DNA of 64,000 bases from Butyrivibrio sp. GTDB lineage: Bacteria; Bacillota; Clostridia; Lachnospirales; Lachnospiraceae. The DNA is taken from the NCBI GenBank assembly GCA_015056585.1, contig SVFZ01000120.1, positions 6,397 through 70,396 on the forward strand. The letters are read 5' to 3'. Positions 48,145 to 55,579 of this stretch are shown piece after piece. Position 1 is the stretch's first letter, and each line of letters starts with the position of its first letter. The position numbers were made by a program, and so were the translations under genes. The notes under the pieces were generated by a model. It did no database searches, was not told the origin of the DNA, and saw only the letters and a program-made list of their open reading frames with translations.

Positions 48145-48887
48145 GGCGGGTTATCATAGCGGATATAAGACGAATAGTCTTTAGAATTTGGCCCTGGATA
48201 TTTCTTGCTGTCGCTTTCGCAGTAATTGCAGGCTCCTTTGCATACAGTATAAACGATGCTGTCGACAGAGAGTTCTTTTACCTTACAGAAGTTTCAGGAC
48301 AGACGTTAGCCACATTGGTCATAGGTTTTGTGCTTATCTTAGGGATATTCGGCGATGAGTTTAAATCCATGGCTATGATAGGTATTATCGGAAGGGGGCT
48401 TAACAGGGACAAGTTTGTCCTGGCAAAGTTCTTTGATGAGATCATTCTGGGAATCATGTTCCTTACGATTACGGCAGTCTTTGCTGTAGTGATAGCACTT
48501 GGTTTTAACATAAAACTCTCTTCAACGGAAGTTTCATTTATGATGCTGTCATTTATAATGGAATTTCTGGAGCTTATAGCCTACCTGACCATTTCAGCAA
48601 TGTTTTTCTTTCTCTCGGAAAATGTGGCTATGGGCGTGTTTGCTTTCCTCTCTTTTGAGTTTATCATTCCGGTGGCACTTTACTTTGCATCTATGCTCGC
48701 CGTGGTTCAAAGGTATCATCTTGACAGCTACTATGTCAGCGGCCTTTTGGGCAGAGCTTTCTCAGACTTTATCATGGGAGATATATTGGAAGGTGTTATC
48801 GTTATTTTGATTACAATTATTGCCTATATTGGGCTTCCTTTGTTTGTCACAATGTTCTACTTTAGGAAAAAAGAGATGGAGTTCTAG
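48141..48887 (+). CDS. ABC-2 type permease
   Basis: Paralog of preceding gene (GDE.RSG/GDEFKS..IG.GL.R.K motif). Confidence 0.75.
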   Translation: MRRVIIADIRRIVFRIWPWIFLAVAFAVIAGSFAYSINDAVDREFFYLTEVSGQTLATLVIGFVLILGIFGDEFKSMAMIGIIGRGLNRDKFVLAKFFDEIILGIMFLTITAVFAVVIALGFNIKLSSTEVSFMMLSFIMEFLELIAYLTISAMFFFLSENVAMGVFAFLSFEFIIPVALYFASMLAVVQRYHLDSYYVSGLLGRAFSDFIMGDILEGVIVILITIIAYIGLPLFVTMFYFRKKEMEF

Positions 48888-48987
48888 GGAAATATCTGTA
48901 TAAAAATAAATAGCGTATAAAAATTCTTAAAAAAGGATAATAATTAAACGTAAAATAGTGCAATTCACAGAAAAAGTAATATATAAT

Positions 48988-49040
48988 AAATCCATCGAAA
49001 GTATAGAGAATATGTCATACTTCGATGGATTTTTCTTTTT
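48988..49040 (+). terminator. Intrinsic terminator upstream of Tad promoter
   Basis: AAATCCATCGAA...TTCGATGGATTT then TTCTTTTT. Confidence 0.7.
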
Positions 49041-49082
49041 GCGGATCCACCAAAATCATAATTTAAATTATTTTTGTAAAAG

Positions 49083-49116
49083 TGTGACAGTTTTGTGATA
49101 GAAGTGGTGATAAGAT
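49083..49116 (+). promoter_or_regulatory. Activator-type promoter of Tad operon: TGTGACA-GTTT-TGTGATA, 10 nt, TAAGAT
   Basis: 16 bp identical to the motif at 379-364 (minus), same 10-nt spacing to -10. Confidence 0.6.
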
Positions 49117-49264
49117 AAGCTCAACAAAAAACAAAAACGAACCGAAATACAAGAAGTAAACAAGTAGAAAGAAAACAAAAGTAAGTAACAGATAAGTTTA
49201 CAAAAAGAAGCAAAAAGAAAACAACAAACAAAAAACAAAAGTATAGTATAGGAGGAAAAATACT

Positions 49265-49525
49265 ATGACAGAAATGTTAAACGCACTTGATGCAAAATTA
49301 TTCATCGCAAAGACACGTACAAAAGAGTTCTTCGAGGATCTGAGAGACGGAGAGTATGGCGTATCAGCAGTTATCGCTACAGTTATCCTTGTAGCCATTG
49401 CTCTTGTACTTGCCATTGCATTTTGGAAACAGATCGCAGCCACATACAATAAGATCGTAACTCAGATCAACCAGAATACAACCATTGATACTAAAGAAAT
49501 CAAGGGACCTAGCACAAATCCTTAA
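49265..49525 (+). CDS. Flp-like major pilin (no Glu+5)
   Basis: 86 aa, acidic leader ending G then VSAVIATVILVAIALVLAIAF; first gene of Tad locus, AGGAGG RBS. Confidence 0.75.
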   Translation: MTEMLNALDAKLFIAKTRTKEFFEDLRDGEYGVSAVIATVILVAIALVLAIAFWKQIAATYNKIVTQINQNTTIDTKEIKGPSTNP

Positions 49526-50706
49526 TGAATATGGCAGACGACAGATATGAGGAAAACTTAATATCTGACCGGCAGATCATATTAAATGGGCAATATAAAA
49601 TAAACAAAATACTAGGACGGGGCAGCCAGGGCATGGTGTATGAAGCATCAGACATGGTGCTGGGAAACACAGTAGCCGTTAAGGAGCTGACCCGTCTTAG
49701 TGATAGGAATTACTTTAAAGAAGAGGCCAGAATACTGACCAGATTCAGCAGTGCTCCCGATATTGTCCATGTTTACGATTACTTTGAGGATAATGGCTCT
49801 TTTTACTACGTTATGGAACTACTGGAGGGTGCAACACTTAAAGACCATATACTCAGTGCGAAGGCTAAGAATATGTTTTTTTCCCTGGAAGCTGCAAAAA
49901 AGGTGGTTGTTCTTATCCTGAATGCTCTGTCAAAAGTGCACAAAGCGGGAATCATCCATGGAGATGTTAAGCCAAGTAACATTGAAGTGTATAAAAACGG
50001 TACAATAAAGCTCTTCGACTTCGGATCTGCAAATTGCATAGGCGACAGTAGAGGAATGTTAAATACCGTTACACCAGTATATGCAGCACCTGAACAGTAT
50101 GATGTACAGGCGGTTTCTCCGTCTGTGGACATCTATGCTACAGGTGCTATTTTTTATGAGCTGTTATCCTGCAATAAGATCCCGCCGGCCTATGAAAGAA
50201 CAGGGACTAGTCTCCCTCTTGTCAGCAGCTTTAATGCGAAAGTTCCCGCTGACATAGCGCATATCATCGATAAAGCCCTTTCTCTTGACGTAAATAAGCG
50301 CTTTAAGAATGCAGAGGATTTTCTTGACGCTTTAGGTGCAGATATTTCCGGTTTAGCTGTTTCTGAAAGTGTCATTGAAAATCTAAGGAAAGAGGCTGTT
50401 ACAGGTGATGATCGCTTGCAGCTAAGCATCGGAACTCTTTTGGATGGAAGATATGAGATAAGAAAACTTGAGTTTAAAACAAAAGAAGCTCTTATCTACA
50501 GGGCATTTGACCATATTCTTTTAAGACATCTTTATCTGGAAGAATATTTTCCTGAAGGCTTTACTCAGAGAGAAGAGGGATCGGATTATCTGAAAACTAT
50601 CGATATAGAGCATATCTATGCTCTGAGAAGCAGTGAAAAGAACAAGTATTACGGCGCATTTTTGGAGAATAAAACTGTCTATACAGTATTGGAGTTTTGT
50701 GTATGA
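49525..50706 (+). CDS. Hanks-type Ser/Thr protein kinase with a C-terminal degenerate second N-lobe
   Basis: GRGSQG, VAVKE, HGDVKPSN, DFG, TPVYAAPE, DIYATG; no TM or PASTA. Confidence 0.9.
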   Translation: MNMADDRYEENLISDRQIILNGQYKINKILGRGSQGMVYEASDMVLGNTVAVKELTRLSDRNYFKEEARILTRFSSAPDIVHVYDYFEDNGSFYYVMELLEGATLKDHILSAKAKNMFFSLEAAKKVVVLILNALSKVHKAGIIHGDVKPSNIEVYKNGTIKLFDFGSANCIGDSRGMLNTVTPVYAAPEQYDVQAVSPSVDIYATGAIFYELLSCNKIPPAYERTGTSLPLVSSFNAKVPADIAHIIDKALSLDVNKRFKNAEDFLDALGADISGLAVSESVIENLRKEAVTGDDRLQLSIGTLLDGRYEIRKLEFKTKEALIYRAFDHILLRHLYLEEYFPEGFTQREEGSDYLKTIDIEHIYALRSSEKNKYYGAFLENKTVYTVLEFCV

Positions 50707-51740
50707 TAACTGAAAGCAAATTAAGTATTGCCATTGTTACTGCAGATGAAAGCTATGTAAGAACCTTTTCCGAGGCTTTGAGAAAGGACAAAGATATTGT
50801 AATATCATCTTTTTCTTCTTCCAAAAAGCTTATGGATTCAAATATGTTCTTTCAGATTATTTTTGCTGATGAAGCTGTCTTTGAGGAGGACCTTGTAAGC
50901 AGATGCATATCGCTGATCATGCTTTCTGAGGATGTGGAAAATGCTAAGGAAACTGAAGGCGTAAAATGCATCGACAAGTATAAGAGAGTAGATTCTCTCT
51001 ATAGATTTGCTCTGTCTGATTATGCAGAAAAAAAGCAAAAGTCCCTGGACTCCAAGAGAGCATATGTAAAGGCGGTATATTCGCCTGCCGGCGGTTGCGG
51101 GGTTTCAACTATTGCACTGACTCTAGCTTTCAGAGCTGCAAGGCTTGGGCTTAAGACTCTTTATCTGAATCTTGAGGATGTTCCGACGCAAGGCTTTCTT
51201 GTTCAGGATGAAGCAGGTATCAAGGGAATTTCGGCTTTGGCTGCTGCTTTGGATGAAAAAATCGATATGAATGCCAAGATAGGGTCACTTCTTCAGAAAA
51301 AAGAAGAAGATCTCTACTGTTTTGGCAGCTGGGAAAATTTAAGCGATGTAAGAGCCATGAATGCAGAAGATATCGAAAAAATGATTACGGTCCTTTCAGA
51401 TAACGGGAATTTTGATTTTATTGTAATTGATATGGAAAATTCTCTTACGGACAAGACAGTAAAAATTTTTGATCTTGTGGATGAAATTCTTATGGTTTCA
51501 ACTGATGCAGATACAGCTCTTTATAAATTGAATGCACTTTTGTCTAATCAGTTTATCGCCAATAGTTTCTTAAGGAAGATAAAAGTAGTAGTAAACAAAT
51601 ATCAAAATGGCAGGGAAATTGAACTTCCTATTTCGGAATTCGGAACCATTCCGGAGTTGACACAGATGAGCACAGGGCAGATTGTTTCATACCTTTCAGT
51701 ATCCCAGGACTTTTCATATCTGGCCTCAATGCTGAAGTGA
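50703..51740 (+). CDS. CpaE/TadZ-like receiver + ParA-type ATPase
   Basis: VYSPAGGCGVST deviant Walker A, LYLNLE, FIVIDM. Confidence 0.8.
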   Translation: MITESKLSIAIVTADESYVRTFSEALRKDKDIVISSFSSSKKLMDSNMFFQIIFADEAVFEEDLVSRCISLIMLSEDVENAKETEGVKCIDKYKRVDSLYRFALSDYAEKKQKSLDSKRAYVKAVYSPAGGCGVSTIALTLAFRAARLGLKTLYLNLEDVPTQGFLVQDEAGIKGISALAAALDEKIDMNAKIGSLLQKKEEDLYCFGSWENLSDVRAMNAEDIEKMITVLSDNGNFDFIVIDMENSLTDKTVKIFDLVDEILMVSTDADTALYKLNALLSNQFIANSFLRKIKVVVNKYQNGREIELPISEFGTIPELTQMSTGQIVSYLSVSQDFSYLASMLK

Positions 51741-51782
51741 TCGATCAGATAAAAATGTCTGATAAACAGGAAGAGAGAAGCT

Positions 51783-53054
51783 ATGAGTAATCTTTTTAAT
51801 GATGAAGTACAAAAAATCAGAGAACTGGTAGTAGAAGATCCCAATTATTCCAAACTTGGTGAGGAAGAGCTCAAGGACAGGATTGAGATAATGGCAAAAA
51901 AAAGGCAGGAGATAGCCTCTGGTGAGGAAGAGGCCTCATCCTACTATGGTGCCCTGGACTTTAAGAGCAGAAAAATCCTTGTAAATACCGTTTACGATTC
52001 CATAAGAGGTCTTGGAATCCTAGGTAAGATCATAGCAGATAAGTCTATCACTGAGGTTATGATCAACGGCTATGACAATATTTTCGTTGAGAGAAACGGA
52101 AAAGTTGTCAGGATAGAGGAGTCCTTCGAAAATCAGGAACAGTTCAGAAATATCATCTCGAGGCTGGTTCAGGCCATGGGCCGAAGCGTAAATGAATCCA
52201 ATCCTATTGTTGATACGAGACTTGAGGACGGATCCCGTGTAAACGTTGTTCTAAATCCAATAGCTCTGGATGGCCCCATCGTTACCATAAGACGATTCCC
52301 TGAAGAGGGTATGACCATACAAAAGCTTATCAATTACGGGTCAATTACCGAAGAGGCTGCTGAGTTTCTTAGAAAGCTGGTGTATGCCAAGTATAACATT
52401 TTTATCAGCGGCGGTACCGGAAGTGGTAAGACGACTTTCCTTAATGCCCTGTCAAATTATATTCCATCTGATGAACGTGTTATCACAATCGAGGATAGTG
52501 CGGAGCTTCAGATCAGACATATTCCGAACCTGGTAAGGCTTGAAACCAGAAATGCCAACTCTGTAGGTGTAGGTGAGATTTCAATGAGGGATCTTATCAA
52601 AGCTTCTCTTCGAATGAGACCTGAGAGAATTGTAGTAGGTGAGGTTCGAGGCGGTGAGGCTCTGGATATGCTTCAGGCCATGAACACCGGTCATGACGGA
52701 TCTCTTTCAACAGGACATGCAAATTCAGCATATGATATGCTATCCCGTCTTGAGACCATGGTGCTCACTGGAGCTGCCCAGCTTCCACTGGCAGCCATAA
52801 AAGCTCAGATAGCATCAGCTGTCGATATAATCATCCACTTATCAAGAATGAGAGACGGTTCCAGAAAAACCGTACAGATCACAGAGGTGGTGGGAATGAA
52901 GGACGGAGAAATAGAACTTAATCCTTTATTTGAATTTAGAGAGGACATGAAGAAGACCAAGATCGACAAGGTCGTGGGTAGGCTTGAGAGAACTGAAAAT
53001 GAAATGGCTCATCCTGATAAGTTTATAGCAAAGGGTGTGTACGAGTATCTGTAA
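51783..53054 (+). CDS. tadA: Tad pilus assembly ATPase (CpaF)
   Basis: ISGGTGSGKTT, TIEDSAEL, LRMRPERIVVGEVRG, MNTGHDGS. Confidence 0.95.
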   Translation: MSNLFNDEVQKIRELVVEDPNYSKLGEEELKDRIEIMAKKRQEIASGEEEASSYYGALDFKSRKILVNTVYDSIRGLGILGKIIADKSITEVMINGYDNIFVERNGKVVRIEESFENQEQFRNIISRLVQAMGRSVNESNPIVDTRLEDGSRVNVVLNPIALDGPIVTIRRFPEEGMTIQKLINYGSITEEAAEFLRKLVYAKYNIFISGGTGSGKTTFLNALSNYIPSDERVITIEDSAELQIRHIPNLVRLETRNANSVGVGEISMRDLIKASLRMRPERIVVGEVRGGEALDMLQAMNTGHDGSLSTGHANSAYDMLSRLETMVLTGAAQLPLAAIKAQIASAVDIIIHLSRMRDGSRKTVQITEVVGMKDGEIELNPLFEFREDMKKTKIDKVVGRLERTENEMAHPDKFIAKGVYEYL

Positions 53055-53076
53055 TTTGTGATTTTGGGAGAAACAT

Positions 53077-53823
53077 ATGCCTATTTATTACGTTAGTAAC
53101 ATGACAAAAATTCATAAGCTGGCCGTTTTTATCATTTCTGCACTGGTGCTTGGATTTTTGGTGTTTATGTTTTATCACCTTATCTTTGTCAGTATTCCTG
53201 TGGGGATACTTTTGGGAGTGCCGGCAGAAAAGCTTTATGAAAGGCGGCTTATAAAACAGAGGCAAAAGAAGTTCAGAATACAGTTCAAGGACTTTCTTGA
53301 GTCCATGGCGGTGGCTGTAAGAGCCGGTAACGTAGACTATCAGGCCATAAAATATGCCAGAACCGATCTTTCACTTATATATAATGAGACCTCAGACATA
53401 ATCATGGAGATTGACAATATCATCAATAAATACGAGAAGGGTGGTATCAAGATCTCGGAGCTGTTCAGGGACATCGCTGACAGAAGCGGCGTTGAGGATG
53501 CAGCAGATTTTGCATCAGTCTATGAAGTTATCGAGGGAAAGAGTGACAGATTCGAAGAGATTCTTACTCACACAAGAGACGTAATAGCTGAAAAGTGTGA
53601 GATAGAGCAGGAAATTGAAACCGTAATTACTGAAGCCAAATCCGAGGCCTACGTAATGTTGGTAATGCCATTTATTATCCTTGCCATCATAACTGTGGCA
53701 GGTGGAGGGCTTATGGATTCTCTTTTTACAACTTTCAATGGAAGAGTCGCTGCCACCATTTCTATGATACTTATTTCCATTGCTGCGACGGTAACAGTGC
53801 TTACCGGTAACGTAGAGGTTTAA
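53077..53823 (+). CDS. tadB: Tad inner-membrane platform protein B
   Basis: T2SS-F domain (FKDFLESMAVAVRAG), C-terminal TMs, position after tadA. Confidence 0.8.
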   Translation: MPIYYVSNMTKIHKLAVFIISALVLGFLVFMFYHLIFVSIPVGILLGVPAEKLYERRLIKQRQKKFRIQFKDFLESMAVAVRAGNVDYQAIKYARTDLSLIYNETSDIIMEIDNIINKYEKGGIKISELFRDIADRSGVEDAADFASVYEVIEGKSDRFEEILTHTRDVIAEKCEIEQEIETVITEAKSEAYVMLVMPFIILAIITVAGGGLMDSLFTTFNGRVAATISMILISIAATVTVLTGNVEV

Positions 53824-53868
53824 ATTTTTTAATAGCTGTAACAAAAACAGTGGATCTGTGAGGTGACT

Positions 53869-54927
53869 ATGATCATACTTATTCCGGCGATACTTGCCAC
53901 CATTTCGGGAATAATATTTGTGTTCCTTCTTCTGTCTGCAGGGGATGAGATTGAGAGTACATTAAGAGACTCTCTGATAGAGGACTACGACAGAAGAATA
54001 CAGCAAAATGAGGTGAAGATTGTTCTGGCTGAAGAATTTTTGAAAAAGAGCCATCAGGAGAAAAACCACATTGAGAACCTCAAGATAAAAAATATGAGGT
54101 CCCAGGTGAAGGAAGACCGAAAGGCCCTTAGCGCTCTCGAAAACGGAAAGGTAGACATCACCTATACGAATTCCATAGTAGGTTACAGGATCATGCAGCT
54201 TCTTAATTGGAATGCATCCTATCCGGTGGTATTAAATCTTATAAGAAGGTGTACCAGATTTATGAACAGGGGAGAGGCTGTAAATTATGCATACCTGACT
54301 TTGTCAAAGCTTCTGGGGAATGCTGTTTTTGGCTTTTTCTTAAGCTTTTCCGCTGCCACTTTAGGATATGGTCTTGGACTGGGAGTAAGGGCCGTGCTTA
54401 TTGGATTTATCCTCTTTGTACTGGTACTTGTTTTCGGATATCTACCGCTTGATTCAGTACGAACCACTCTGGACAAAAGAGCTGCTGAAATAGAAAAAGA
54501 ATTTCCGCAGGTAATGTCTAAATTAACTCTTCTTACAGAGGCAGGAATGGAAGTAAACAGTGCCTGGGAACTTACCAGCAAGGATGGAAAGGGAACCTTA
54601 TATGAAGAGATGGCACTGGTTACTTTGGGACTTGCCAATAATGAAAAGCCTATGGAAGCCTATTCATCCTTTATTCAAAGATGCAGCTATGCCTATACAT
54701 CAAAGCTTGCAACCCTGATCATGCAGAATCTCTATAAAGGAAATTCTGAGATTGCAAAGCAGTTCATGCAGCTCAACTTTGAATGCTGGAACGAGTACAG
54801 AAATAACGCCCAGAGAATGGGAACAGCCCTTCAGGGCAAGCTTTTTATTCCTACAATGATGTCTTTTGCAGCCCTGCTTATTATGCTGCTTATGCCAATC
54901 ATGACAGGACTTACTGCATCCTTCTGA
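53869..54927 (+). CDS. tadC: Tad inner-membrane platform protein C
   Basis: EFPQVMSKLTLLTEAGM, KLFIPTMM. Confidence 0.8.
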   Translation: MIILIPAILATISGIIFVFLLLSAGDEIESTLRDSLIEDYDRRIQQNEVKIVLAEEFLKKSHQEKNHIENLKIKNMRSQVKEDRKALSALENGKVDITYTNSIVGYRIMQLLNWNASYPVVLNLIRRCTRFMNRGEAVNYAYLTLSKLLGNAVFGFFLSFSAATLGYGLGLGVRAVLIGFILFVLVLVFGYLPLDSVRTTLDKRAAEIEKEFPQVMSKLTLLTEAGMEVNSAWELTSKDGKGTLYEEMALVTLGLANNEKPMEAYSSFIQRCSYAYTSKLATLIMQNLYKGNSEIAKQFMQLNFECWNEYRNNAQRMGTALQGKLFIPTMMSFAALLIMLLMPIMTGLTASF

Positions 54928-54937
54928 GGTAGTGCCT

Positions 54938-55579
54938 ATGATCAGATTATTTTTAAAAAAGGAAGACGGCGCCTTTCAGATACTTCAGGCGGCCATAATA
55001 TATCCAATCTGTCTGTTTATCGTAGCTTCTTTTACCATAATTTCAGTGTATATAGCCCAGAAGGCAAATCTTCAGTCTGCTGTGGATATGGCGCTGATTT
55101 ACTATAAGAATGACTATTCGGATACCTATGTAAAAGCGAAGGATAGCAGCAATATAAGCCTAAATAACAATCAGGCCTATTACTCCAAAGGCAAGATTAC
55201 CAGTCCCTATAGATTTTTTAGCTTGGAGTTCAATAAAAAAGGGGCAGAGGCTTATCTAAAAAAAGCTTATGATCACGTTTTTATCACCGGTTCAGACAAG
55301 ATAGATGTAAAAGTGGAAACGGAAAATTATGTATGGAATAAAGATGCCTATATTGTAGCAACCATGCAGATTGCGCCACAGATAAACTTAAGGATGATGG
55401 GACTTCAGGTTGGTCCAATCACGGAAATAAAGGCCAGCGGTATGGTAAGGCTCATTGACGGAGATTTGTTTGTGGCAAATTTGGATTTTATCGCAGATCT
55501 GGTATCCAATACAAGTTTTGGCAGTAAAATAAGTCAAATTTCAACAAAGATTAAGGAAGCCTATGGTAAGTATTTTTAA
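54938..55579 (+). CDS. TadE-like minor pilin
   Basis: KKEDG|AFQILQAAIIYP prepilin-like N-terminus. Confidence 0.65.
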   Translation: MIRLFLKKEDGAFQILQAAIIYPICLFIVASFTIISVYIAQKANLQSAVDMALIYYKNDYSDTYVKAKDSSNISLNNNQAYYSKGKITSPYRFFSLEFNKKGAEAYLKKAYDHVFITGSDKIDVKVETENYVWNKDAYIVATMQIAPQINLRMMGLQVGPITEIKASGMVRLIDGDLFVANLDFIADLVSNTSFGSKISQISTKIKEAYGKYF

